DNA of 64,000 bases from Ancylonema sp. Its lineage: Eukaryota. The position numbers and the translations under genes were made by a program. The notes below the pieces were generated by a model, which saw nothing but the letters and a program-made list of their open reading frames with translations, was not told the origin of the DNA and did no database searches. The stretch spans positions 1-64,000 of the forward strand of contig JBFLGF010000032.1 of assembly GCA_050230475.1 (NCBI GenBank), in the 5' to 3' direction. This document shows, one piece after another, positions 32,103 to 44,986 of this stretch. Every line of letters begins with the position of its first letter. Positions within the stretch are counted from its first letter, which is position 1.

Positions 32103-35100
32103 TCACGTGTCCCTCCCGATCAAATTTGAGGGGGCCCCAGCCCCCTTTGCTACCCTTCCCCTTCTTGACTCCTCCTCCCCAACCTCCTCCATCCTCCCAC
32201 CCTGCTGCATGACCGTGTGTAACAACACCACCTCGTCCCCACCCGGGCCCCCTTCCCTATCGTCCACGGCGATCGGTGGTGGGGCGGTGACGATAAGATC
32301 AGCCGTCCTGGCGGGACTGAATTGGGAGGGCCCTGCGGCCTCCCGCTTTCTTCCAAACGGATTTCTGGAGTAAGTGCTGCAGAGAGTTAAGGGCCACCAT
32401 CTCACTCGTTCATTCATATCTGATTGGACAGTTATGTAAGTGGACACATGACATAGATGTACGCAGATAGCATGGCAGGGCCGAGATTAGGGGGCTGGGG
32501 GGTTGGCGGGTTGGGGGGTTGGGGGGTTGGGGGGTTGGGAGGATATTGTATTCGTATTCCTCTGCGGTTGGATGATTGCAACACCGCCCCTTGCAGACTC
32601 TCGTGCACAGCCATGGCACTCGCCGTGTCCTATCCCGACAACCAATCCCCGCACGCCACGTGTTACTCCTATACGAAATTCTGCCCTTAAAACATTTCAG
32701 CCTGAACTCACCTCAAACTCGATGAAGCAAACGGTTCCGTGGTTCTGCCGCAGCACCTTCATCTGCCGGAACCCCGCCTGGCTGCACAGAGGAGGGGGGG
32801 GGAGGCATGAGGGTACTGGGTACAGTCAAGGGATTTCAGAGTCATTCGTTTCCGACTCACGCCGAAAAAACGGCGCGCAGTTTTGCCTCACTCGTGCTCT
32901 CTCCCAAGTTCCCCACGAAAAGCGTGTTGCACGGGGGGTTGTCGCTCGTGTTCTACCATGCCAAGAGAGGGAGTTTTCCGGAAGAGATACTCAGCAACCG
33001 GTCTCAAGCTACACCAAATGGAGCGAGGATTTTCGAACCCTCCTCATGAGGACTATCTACGAATGTCAATATTCAGACGGCTCAACATAAGAGCACTGCA
33101 TGTACACGTGCGGCGGTCAACATTGAAGGCAGATTGTCTGCTCATTCCCACCGCCTTCCTCTCAACCTCCTTGCCTTTGAGGGGAGGCTCACCCTCACGG
33201 GCGCATATCCGGCGGCGGCCATCGGATGCACCGCATAGCGGTCATAGAGCGGGTAAGGGATGTAACTGCACAGCCACCGAGCTTTTGAATTAAAATCAGA
33301 ATCAGAATCAGAATCAGAATCAGAATCAGAATCAGAGCGCGGATCAGACTCAGAAGAATCATCCTGATCAGGATTTGCGTGGGAATCAGATTCGGCTTCA
33401 GAATCAGATCCAGATTTCGATTCAGAATCGTGAATTCTGAGTGGTCGCTACCAATCTGTAGCCCGCCAATTATTGACCTCACATAACCTCGGCTGGGCCC
33501 ACGTGGGGCTGCTCCCCGGGTGGTGGTACCCGGAAGGTGCCACCTGGTAGGGCTGCTTGGGGAGTGTGAGCACTTGGCCGTGGATACCACGACCACTTCC
33601 GCGCAACCGGACAATGGAGGACAAGTCAAGGGAGGGGTCGGAGAGTTGGGGAATGAAGGGGGAAGACGACGGTTGGCCTGCAATAGAACACCCCCCCCAA
33701 GCTTGTTAGTACCTACGTAGTCATGGGAGAAAACAGGACTGGCGGTCGTGAAGAAATAGCACAGAAATCGAAAGCAGGTCACAGCGCATACTTTTTGTGG
33801 CATATTTTTAACGGACACGGTTTCCATCCGTACCTCGCCTGACATAGAGATTCTTTTTCGCCATTTCCGCCCTTAGAACGGCCGGCGCCTCCATATCGAA
33901 CACCAGGCTCTGACCAGGGGCAGTTGAGAAGGAATCACGGGGGCGGGTGGCCGGGGGGGGGTACACATGATCCACGGTGGCTCGCCTTTCTTCCTGGACA
34001 TTGATGGATATTCTACCCTATTCCCGATCCGGACCTCCTCAACTGTCGTAGGCCTCTCTGCATTCTAGTTCTTGAACGTCTTCGTAATCAATGCCTCTTG
34101 TTTTGAGAATTCCTATCCTCGACGGCTATTGTTGGTGCAAAAAGGTCTCGCAAAAGACGGGAGGGTGGCCAATGATTCGATATACCGGTAGGGACATACC
34201 TGTAAGGCGTCCCTAGCAGACATCGCCATAGCTGTTGACTGGAAAAGAGCAAAACCCATTGGCTGGTCACCCTTCGGGTTGAGCTGGCAAGCCTCATAAC
34301 CGGGTCACCAGCGGAGAAGGTTCTGAAGCTCCCGCTCCTTCACATCAGCCGGAAAACCTAAGACGAATATCGTACGAATCTGCATGCACATGACATCCCT
34401 GGAGAAGTGAGGAAATCATGTTGGCCAGGATAGGACCACGTGAACCCTGCTCGTCGTCATACGCGCGTATAAAATAATCGCATATTCAACAGCCTGCACG
34501 CGTGATGCCGCTCTATATTCGGGAATTCCAAGCATTACTTTCTAGTGCTACGTTGACTGAAGCTGTGACGAGTGTTGGTAATCAGTTCTGTCCGAAATCT
34601 TTCGCCTACCTCCTCCCCGTTATTGTCACTGTGGCTTCCGGAAATCTGCATAACGTACTGGCCGGGAGAAATCATTTTCCTTTTTCACTTGGCCCTTGCG
34701 AAGTTGTTGAACTAAAGCTCAGGTAATGCTAGAGTCATGGCAAAGCCGAGACGGGGCCAGTAGAGTATTGACTGCTTGCTCACCGCGTGTCTGGGACACC
34801 AACCATGCCGGAACAAACTAAGGCAGATCCTTTGAAGGATTCATTACAGAAGCACGAAATAAGGTCAACCAATGTTCTGACATGTTCCCACCTTATCCTT
34901 CTCCCTAACATACTCAAGCCTGAAGTCTGCTGTAACAAAGCTCGAGGTGGGAGGACGAAAACCGTTTTTCCGCATCGTCATTACAGAAGTCAAAATTTGA
35001 AGAATGGAATAACGTTGCGTGTTGCGATCTCATTGGCTGAACTACTGACTTCCGATACCGCTCATATGTGAGGCTGAGAAGTCCTGAAATTCTGAGACAT

Positions 35101-35105
35101 CTCAT
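32103..35105 (-). CDS. Two-RRM RNA-binding protein (At3g21215-like, RBPMS/U1A-related); in-frame TGA at 34307-34305; 5' exons uncertain
   Basis: Exons give IRTIFVLGFPADVKERELQNLLRW*PGYEACQLNPKGDQPMGFALF..ARDALQ | SLVFDMEAPAVLRAEMAKKNLYVRR | ... | NTSDNPPCNTLFVGNLGE | QAGFRQMKVLRQNHGTVCFIEFE | D..SAMAVHESLQGAVLQSSNRRGIRI | YSRNPFGRKR. Confidence 0.88.
32374..32546 (-). other. U12-type (minor spliceosome) AT-AC intron
   Basis: Donor CA|ATATCCTCC, branch site CCCTTAAC about 12 nt before the terminal AC. Splicing restores GIRIHYSRNPFG in frame. Confidence 0.85.
33294..33335. repeat. (AATCAG)7 microsatellite in an intron, degenerate to about 33430
   Basis: Read directly from the sequence. Confidence 0.9.
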
Positions 35106-37367
35106 CTGGCTGGCATGTTCCAACGCTCCGTGGCTTCGTCACCAGAGGCAAGCTCGACCACAAGTCTTCTGGCCAATGGCCGCTTTGCAGAGAGTATCGT
35201 GACGACGCAGGGACACCACAAACTCATACATCACAACGGGGACACCACAAACTTATATATTTTGAAATCACGCGCAGAAGATGCGCCGATATTTTGGCGC
35301 ACTCTATCTAGATAACCCTCACACGTGACTAGGTTCAGTACCGCCTCGCGACAATTAGATCGACCCGATAACATGAGCGGACCGCATGAGTCCATAATTT
35401 AAGGAGATTCGAGATTCGTATCTGGACAGGCAGCTCCGTATCGCCCTACCACACAAATCGTATGTCGCTTGTCGCAAAGCGTGCAGTCTGCCGCCCGACC
35501 TTCAAATATTGAACGCTTGCACTAGAGTTGTCCACTTGTCGCCAACACATGTCACGTGTCCTCGTCACATGCCCTGCCTCTTGTGTACGGCAAATGCCTC
35601 CTGTGTATCTATAAGGAATCCCCTCTCCCTTCAAATATGTTGGACGTGGTAAAACTAGGGATGGGGCGCAACCCCAAACACCTATGAGTTGCGTGTTGTT
35701 GATTTTTTCGCAACCCTACGCAACCCCACCCAACCCCACGCAACCCCAATTAGCAACATGCAACCTCCGAAAGCAACACGCATCCCCAAAAAAACAACTC
35801 GCAACCACAAAAAGCAACACACAACCCGAATATCCAACAAAAATATCAACTCACCCTCAAATGATGCAATGCCAATTTTGAAACAAAGTTATGAGACAAG
35901 TAATGCGTGTTGAACGTTGTTATTAGCAACGCACAACACATGAGGAAGATAAAATCATTGGAAGGTTGTAAGATGATCTCAGTGTAAACAAAATATGTCA
36001 TTCTTCTGCACGTCGACTTGTGATGCATTTAAAGTCAGTGTTCGGTTTTGATAAAATGGTTGATTTTCGTCACTTGAAAGTGTTTTCATCCTTAATGCAA
36101 CTAACGCTTGTATATTTTGTCATTATATCAATACAAGCCCTGGGTGCGGTTCAACTCGTGTTATTTCTCCGCAACAACATTTTCCATTTCCTTACTATTT
36201 TTAAGGATAATCTCCCTCTCAAATATCCCTTTTCCTGAAAGTGAATGCAGACACCCCAATATGATCTCTTTTTTTTTTTTTGTCTCTTATGCCATCGCCA
36301 CTAAGACGTTGTACGAAGTGTTACCTCCACTTGATCAAAACGTGTACGGATTGACTGCAAACCATAGAAGTACCCCGACGGGTCATAGTCTATTGCGGAC
36401 GCGTCCGGAAGACGTCCGCAAGCGAACACGTCCGCGACGTCCGGGTCCGCACATCGTCGGGGTACTTGGGTGTTATCAACCAAATCAAAAAATTGTCGGA
36501 CGACGGAGGTATGTATATTTTTCCGGTGCTCGGATCCTTCAACCTCTAGCATATCGGGAAACTTTAAGAAAGGATCTAACCGTCGTGTTTTACCGTAAAA
36601 AATAATCCCATACATGAGTTTAAACAAGTTGACCACAAATTCAAGACACGACTTTAATATCTCCATTTTATGTGCACATAAAACTATCTAAACATAGCCA
36701 TCTATCTAAATAATATGTTATTCATTGTTTAGGCACCTCTACTTTTCGCAACTCCCCCATTTCAGTTGCTATACGTAGGTTTGCCCATAAAGTGAGACTT
36801 TGCAAGGACAATTTTCTTTGACTGGATTTGGTGCCTCCATAGATGGTGTGTTTACATGCAAGTTTCTTTAGAGAGGACAACTACATGGTGGATGCGTCGT
36901 ACTCTCTACAATATTGTACGCCCCGTGCCAACATCCATTATTGTTACCCCCCATGTGACAACGCTCCCGCGATAAAAACCCACAAGGACGAGCACTCAAG
37001 ACAACTCGAAATGTGCCAGGAGTATTGATCGTCGGAAACATTATGCCCGGACATTACTTGTCTATCCTTTCACAAGGGTTTTGTGAGCATCAACGTATCG
37101 AGATCGTGATATATGATTACAAGTCGGTTCAGATTGTCGGTGTAATTCAAATGGAAGCATCAATGATTTATTTTGGGTTCACGCTATATTGCAGACTGAT
37201 AAGTTGGGAAAAGTGAAGTAGATTGTTTCGCAAAAACTAGTGGACGTGCATAGATAGGAGGCCGCATTTCAAGTCTATGAATATAATAGTCACGTCAGTG
37301 TAGCACTAGCCGTTCATCTCTGCTTGGCTCGACCCGATGTCACAATGATAACACCAGTTCTATCTTA

Positions 37368-37947
37368 CCGTAGCGGCCAAGGATATTGCGCCAAAATATA
37401 ATTAACATACTGCCTGGCGCACACATTTTTGACGCGTACTATTTTATTTATTTTGATCACGCTCGATCACCGGTTCGGCGCAAATAAATAATCAAAATCG
37501 ACGAAATTTTTGCGCAACAATGTAATGGAGCGGAAATTCAAATTCTACATCGATAGTATAACTTCAAGATTAACTATGGCAAGAGGTGCTTGTAATCAAA
37601 ATTTGTTCCGCGCCACGAGCTTGAAGCTGCGCAACCCTCGGCTCGTGTACGAAAAGCGGCTATGGGCCCATTTTTGGAGGTCGGTGGGTTCGAAGAGCCT
37701 TAAACCCAAGTCTTGGGGGTCCCTTTTGCCCCTGTACAGGGTGGCGCGAGTAAATCTGGATCATATAAAATAAACAGGGAAAAACGTGGCGCAATTGTTT
37801 TTTGAATCATATGTATTAATTAAGATTTGGGTGGCGCACACTTCTGGCACCTACTAATCAATTAAAATTTGGCTCGCGCAACTACTTGGAGCATCTACTT
37901 CTAATAATTATTTTTCGGATTTGCTGGCGCATCTCTTGCCGCTACGG
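37368..37947. mobile_element. MITE with CCGTA termini and TA TSD (Tc1/mariner-pogo-like)
   Basis: TA|CCGTAGCGGCCAAG ... CTTGCCGCTACGG|TA; subterminal GATTTGCTGGCGCAT shared with 53575-53901. Confidence 0.8.
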
Positions 37948-39496
37948 TACCTGCAATCATCTTGTTCGTCGTGTGATCATGTCAATGCGTGAATGTGTGC
38001 GATTGATTTAGTCGTCACTCAATGATTGTCATGTCTCCGCCATCATGTTAGGAAATCAATTTGGTACCCGACCAATCTTGCGTGCGAATTGAGAAACTTG
38101 GTGCGGCCAAATGTTAGGCGGAATGAGGGTGAACGGATGTGGCCGAAGGAGCATACTTGACCTCTACCGGCTCCGACCAAAAATGTCTCGGGAGTTTCTA
38201 AAACTAGTCTATGATCAACAGTTCGATCAAGTTTGTGATACTTCAAGATAGCATCAAATGGATGTGCGAATCGATTACACTTGAGCGATGGTTATGAGTA
38301 ATCATACGGCAATTTTTACTACGTAGCTCGTTAGACAATATGTATAAAACGATTAAACAAAACATCTTTGATGCACCGTAGTTGTCGATAGTTACATAAT
38401 GCACGAAATGCACAGCGACAGTTTGATGCAAAGAAACAATCCGGACAATCTAAACAGCGACACTTTATCAAACCGTACGGAGAGAGAAGGCTCGATGATA
38501 TTCAACAATACTCAATTAATATACGATGGGTTCAACGCAATTACAAGGAGGAAATCTAAATTTGAGGCGAGGACAGAGATGATGTGCAAGTGCAATTTCT
38601 TCAACGCCAAATTCAGCGAAGGTTGACAATTGCAAGTTGGTAGAAATATTTATTGTTGGATTTTTCAATCCTCAACTCGCGTGTTCAATATNACCGGATA
38701 ACTCTTACGGGTTGGCTTAGAACGCCGTACAGACTTTGTACGTTGGTACAACACCGTACAGTGAAACGTGTCTTAATTAATACTATGCTAATTTATATGT
38801 CCTTCTATCGAGAGTTTACCATAAACAAAGTCAATTGAGGCCAAACATTCGGTTGGAGCTCTAATCTACAGTACTTGTGACAAATAAGCCGCTAAATAAT
38901 GGCCCAACACGCCATGACATGCAGTGCCACACACTCGGTGTCAAAATTCACATAGCTTGGCGTAAGATACGAAACTATGGCTCAAAAGTCGCCCATGCAC
39001 AATTTGATTATCTATCTTCCCATATGTCATGTAGATTGCGTTTGGATGCATGCACGATCATAAACATTCAATCACGATTGTCCTAGGAGCATGCACATAG
39101 AAAACCTCATGCTCATCAAATGAGATGTAGTGTATGGTGTATGGTGTACGTTCATGTTACACCTAACACCGGCAATGTGTTTACGATAGTCAAACTTGAC
39201 TTGTCCCAAGGTAATCTTGCTATTGATGCACGAATGTAGGACAATATATGAAGCAATAGAGGGTGACACAGCGAAAAACAACAGTTGTGGTGGTGTGTGA
39301 ATATTTTGCACTGCTTTCAATGAAGCGAGTGACAAATAGAGATTTACTTTTAGAGAAGCCAAGTGCGATTAATAAGGGGTGATGTATAGGCAATAGAAGA
39401 GAATATAAAATACATACTCATGCAAATGGAATTTGGGAAGTTCAAATGCTTGAGTAGCGTTAGACAACAATTTGGCATCCATGAGCGCTACTTCTG

Positions 39497-42400
39497 CTAC
39501 TCTTGTCCCAAATAAAACGAAATGACATTATTTATGAGCCCCTTGCTGTACGGATTCGTGAATTTCTTCGTTGGAACCGAACGACCTGCGTTCAAAAGAA
39601 GACACTCATCCGATTGGAGTAAGCAGAAAAGTTGTGCCAGTAAAGAAATTTTAATCGCCACGTGAAGTTCACTATAAATTGTCACTTTAAAAATATCTCA
39701 TCGCCGATAGCAATCCAACACCCGTAGTTTCTGAATCACACACAACACATCGACGATTGTTGTCGCTTTCAGGTGCCACCGACCGTAAGTGATGTGGACA
39801 AACAAGTCGTAGGAAGGAAGATAGACGACAAGCGAGAAAAAAAATCAAAACATTTGAGGCAGTCCGATTTGTAAGACGCAAAAAAGCAGCTCTATAAACT
39901 GTATATAACACCAAGGTGTGGTAGTCATAGGGACCAATGCGATACAAACACCACAAAAACCACTGTGGAAGACGCGACCCATAATCTATTCCAACAAGAA
40001 AGTGAAGTCCAGCATGTTCCACCAGGTATGCAAACTACACACAAAGGTTCCTTCGCGTCAACGCACTGCACCTGGTCCTGGGGGAACTTCCACATACAGG
40101 TTGGGGTTCTTGTGCCACGTGGCCTGCACCCATTGGTCCCCATCGTCTCTCAGTACAGCCAAAGGAGGCACACTCTCATGGACACAAGAGCGCCACGTAT
40201 CCTTCCATGCACCACAATAACCGCCCCAATATGAGAGGTGCATACGGAGGCGACTTACAAACTCGTTGGTTGTGAGGTTCACACACGCGCAGTAGGTGTG
40301 GAATAAGAGGAGCGGCGTCTGTCAGCCCACCCCCCAACCCCCACCCCCCCAACCCCCTCGCCGTCTTAGGCGGAGTCCCCTCCCACCACCTGAACCTCCA
40401 TGGGTGGTAGAGGGTGGTAGACAGCCACCTGCCCATAGGGAGAGAGCAACATGCACCACCCCCTCCCCTCCCCTCCTACCTCCCAGACTAGCTGTAGGGA
40501 GAGGAAGACACACATGGACACCAACCAAGGCTCGGCTCGCATGGACTGACCCCCCCCCACCATCCACGCAGAACACAACAGGGAGGGGGCAGGAACGGCA
40601 ATCAGCAGCGGTTCTGGTTGGTCAGTTGGCTGGTTTCGTTAGATGGTTGGTTGGTTGGTTGGTTGGTTGGTTGGATTTGTACCTGTCCTACTGCAGACCA
40701 GAAGTAGGCCACGTCCGTGAGAGCGCTCCCCAGCAAGGGGTCGCCTGAAGCGGAAACAGAAAAAAGTTGATGAGTGTCTGCGTCTGAGAAACCCGAATCT
40801 GCAACCCCTTGGTCTGCCCTTGGTCCATTCCACCGGCTACACTGACCCTGTAACCGCCTCCGCCCACTGCCTGTCTCACCCGCTCCGATGGCCGAGAGGG
40901 TTTCGGGGGGGAGATCCAGGAGGCCGCGCAGGGCGAGATCTGGGGGGGAGCACATGGGAAGGATCGAGGATCGACTCTGTGTCAGGCACTTGGTTGGTGA
41001 TTCATTTTCCAGGGCCCACAGAGGATCCTGCGGGGGCACGTGATGCTGCCAAGTGGAGGCCTCACAGTGCAGCGTGCATCGTTGGAACGCCAGCTCAGCA
41101 GCGATGAATGCTGCCAGCATGGCGACGAAGAGGGGATGGTTCCTGCGACCTGCACAGGATCCATCCAACCCACATGGACCCACGTCTCCTTATATGTCAC
41201 GGAACAGGGCGCGTCGAGTCACGGGCAGCGTGCCAGCGAGTATACGCAAGGGAGGGGGAGGGGGGGGGGGGGGGGGGAGTTCATTTGTTTTCCCCCTCAC
41301 CCACGCAGGTCCCGATTGCCGGACAGTGGTGGTCAAAGCGCTCCGTGCAGCGCTGGCATTTCTTGCAGTGCTTGGAGCGTGGCCACCGCCAAATCTGAAC
41401 CACGGAAAAGAAGGAGAAGGAGAAGAAGAAGAAGAAGAAGAAGAAGAAGAAGAAGAAGAAGAAGAAGAAGAAGAAGAAGAAAGAAGAGGGATTAGGAAGA
41501 TGACAGGAGCGGCGGAACTGCGTTAGCTTACATGGCATTTGTAGCAGAAGTTGGAGGCATCCCATCCCGTTGCTGCTGCCGCTGCAGCTGGAGGGGGGGC
41601 TTGGGGAGGAAGCAACGATTGGCTCTCTTCCTCACTTCCACCTACGGCTGCTGTCGTGCCATTGGTCGAAACGGATGCTTCCATTCCGATGCTCTGTTTG
41701 GACCAGTCAGTGCACAGGGGTTGGACACGTGTCAGGTGGGGTCCAATCAGTGCACAGCGGGCAGGTCTTTCAGTCACCTGCTGCCACTCTTGAACTTCAT
41801 ATTCTCGACCACTCTCCACATCCCCAGTCCCTTCCGTTTCATATCTTGACCCGATCACTGCTGCCACGTCGTGCTTGCTCCACTGGGCAGGCGGCATTTG
41901 AGCCTCCTCTCTTAACTGTTCATACCCGCCCTCGGGAGGGACCCCCACGGGTATCCGTCCTGGGTCGGAAGCTCGCACCCTGACAAAGAAAGAGGAAGGG
42001 GATGAAATATACAGCATTCAAATGAAGCAAGCCTCCGGTTCTTTTACCCATCTTGTACGTCCCACTGAGTCGCACGTGCAACAAAGGATGACAGGCGGGG
42101 AAATCTTCAGCAAGATGTTTGGGATATGTTTGGGAACATAGCAATGTTCATCACTATGCAGCTTCAACTCTGTCAATAATTTACTGTTTGGAAGCCCAAC
42201 CCTGCCTTGTACTCTGCATGTTAGGGGTAGATAGAGAGAGTGAACAATTGCACACCTCCAGAAAATGAGTATTAAGGCGGTGGTGCTGCAGTGGAAGAAG
42301 AGGCTGAGCAGGAGGGGAGTGACTGGTAGGGGAAGCAACCACATGATCTGTGTCAGCAGAGATGTGGTCATTCCGATATCGGTACATTGCTAGCTACCTT

Positions 42401-43482
42401 GATGGTACCCAGAAAACGTTTTGCTGTTGCTAGGGACAAGTGCAGGACGAGTAACAAGCAGCAGAGCAATGACTCAGCAACGAGTGGCCAGGGGCGAGTC
42501 GGTGGTATTCTATTGCCTTCACGGCATTGACACAACTGCTGTCATGACGCGGTGCCAACTTCGCAAATAGAACCTCCTTTCGGGCGAGTGGCATGAGGAA
42601 TTGCGTGCAAGCCGTTCAAATAGAAACGTAGGTACAAATAGAAACGAAAAGGACTCTGGATGAGCCCAATCAAAGATCCGATATGGTTGCGACAGTTATG
42701 ACAGTCCCAAGGGATTCCGTATTCCACCAGCTGCTTGTTGTTAGCTCGTAGTACAACTGTACAACTGTACTGCTCGTTGTTCCTGTGAGACAACTGCTCC
42801 CTGCATTTTCCGAATGGGGACTGGATCCTGTATTCGTCACAACAGGTCGCATTCGTACCTGGTTGAAGGCGAATTAGAAAGGTGAGGTAGGCGAGCCCCA
42901 TGACAGTGTACAAAAATCGAGGAGTGAAAGACATCCCAGCCACGATGTGAGCATTGCTGCGCACAAGAAACCACCATGACACCAACGGGGCGACTGCTCC
43001 GACACAGCCAGCCACAGGAGCAGTTAGGTAACACATGTCCACATGTCTACGTGCACTATATTTACGCGATCTGTTTTGTGACATGCGAGAGGCCATTATC
43101 TTTGTCTGACAACGTAGCATCCGTCGAAAATTAATTCCACCTGTCTCCTTACAGGTGGAAAAAGCACAAGTTGCAGAACCATCAACCACCACTGATCAGA
43201 GGAAATCTACAGGAGTTTGATGGAAATGGCGAATACGGAGAGGTCAATTAATCATGGAAAGGCGTTGGAGCAAGACGCGTCGGCAGTAATCGTACCTACA
43301 AAAAGAAGCGCGTTTACAACTGACTTGGTTTCGACACAGAGGACAACCTCTCGAAAAATTGCAAACACCCCCAGGGCTACTAACGATGGCATTAAGTAGC
43401 TCAACATTTTGTTTACAAGCTCCCTCTGCGCCGTCGACACAGGAGACAGCCTAAACCAGCTGCAATTTCCCTCGGGTAGCAT
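39497..43482 (-). CDS. DHHC protein S-acyltransferase (multi-exon)
   Basis: N-terminal TM exons; SDPG motif; NFCYKCH | [32 protein letters not shown] | [25 protein letters not shown] (TTxE); C-terminal [14 protein letters not shown] (PaCCT-like). Some internal exon boundaries are approximate. Confidence 0.9.
41422..41481. repeat. (GAA)n microsatellite, about 20 units, in a DHHC intron
   Basis: Direct repeat; forms the pyrimidine tract on the minus strand ahead of the DHHC exon. Confidence 0.95.
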
Positions 43483-44986
43483 GCTTGGGTGTCGAGTTTG
43501 CTTGCGTGTTAGTGTTGATCTTCTTGTTATTGTTATCTTCTCCCCTCCTCTCCTCTCTGTTTACCGTTTATTCCACTGTTCCCCTCTTGAACCACACCCT
43601 CGCGGAACAGAGTAACAACAGTAATCCAAGATGACCCTCAATGGTCATTTATTTGTTATTTCCCACCCATCTCTTCTGCTAAGGGATCGCGGGCGTGTTT
43701 GAGAGGGACCGGAGTAGCGCTGCATTTTGGTCCTACCTCGTTTCTAACGACGGTGCTGTAGCGTTGAACAGGTGTCACTCTGTAGGAGAAAGCCGAAGTC
43801 CACCGACAATGCGCCACATCGAAGTGGCGCATTGCTGTCTGTACGGAATATTATTCCTCTCGTACGACCGTTCTTGTCTTTTGGACATGTCCCTGACTTT
43901 CGATTTGCGCCCCAGTTTAGCCGTGGAAACTTGCCACGGATTCCTTTTTCCTGACAAGCAGCGACAGGTAACCTTCAGCTGAAGCCCGAACATCCTTCGT
44001 ACACGAAATCTTAGAGACTGGTGTGTACCGCTCCTTGGGAAAAGCACACTGGTGGACCCCCGATTCCATATGGTCAATGGCGACGAGTACGGGTAATTTC
44101 TGACACGAGTCATGAAGCCATGGTGAGAATAGGACAGTACGCCCATTGATATCTTGACAATGTATATCTGGCGAGTGTCGTATCCTTTTTAAAGTAAAAA
44201 ATGTATGTATGCTGCATTACACTTCTGCAACATTTCCACCCGCAGATCAAATACTGAACGAGGTACGCATCCCTATGAGTTAATACCTATGACAGTGGGA
44301 ATCGCAAATGCAGACTCTTTTGGGCCTAGAGTTAGGCACATTCCCCGAAATGAAGTATACAATTTTGTTACTTTACGATTTTTCTTGACGGTATGGTGTA
44401 AGGCGGTCTTGGTCAGCCCGATCGCTGGAATCCGTACATTGGTTTCGTATGCGCGTCTACTTTTGGTCACTTTGGTGTTACCATTGCTGAATGGGATGGT
44501 CCCTCTGTCGACCCACCGCGCAATTTGAAAACCAGAATCGTGACGTGCAGATTTAGCTAGCAGGACTGCTGCATTCCCTTATGGTCCATTAGTTGCACTC
44601 TTTCGGGGATAGTGTGACATCCGCAGTTGTGTGCGCAGTTCTGCAAAGGCGATAAACCTGCAGTCTAAATCAACCGCACTGAACTCTTTAAATGCATGGA
44701 TTACGTGTCAGAAGAGTTCGCCCAGTTCGATCTTCCTGCTATGTCTCTCTGAAGATCTCAAAATGTTTATATACCGTGCGCACCTTGCCTTTGGGTAATC
44801 ACTTAGAGTCCTGTCCACACATCCATGCAGCCTTAAAACCTCAAATGCTGAACTCCTTATCACGAAGTGTCTCCATCCCCGGCTAACCTCACCCTTCCAT
44901 CTTCTCACCTTCCAAGCCGCCTCAACCATCTCTGTTCCCTGTCCCCCTCCCGAAAAAAAACCCAAAACCCTAAATTTGCGCATCCA

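Noticed and set aside
41040..41565. Poly-Arg, poly-Glu and poly-Phe ORFs
   Set aside because: Translations of the intronic (GAA)n microsatellite.
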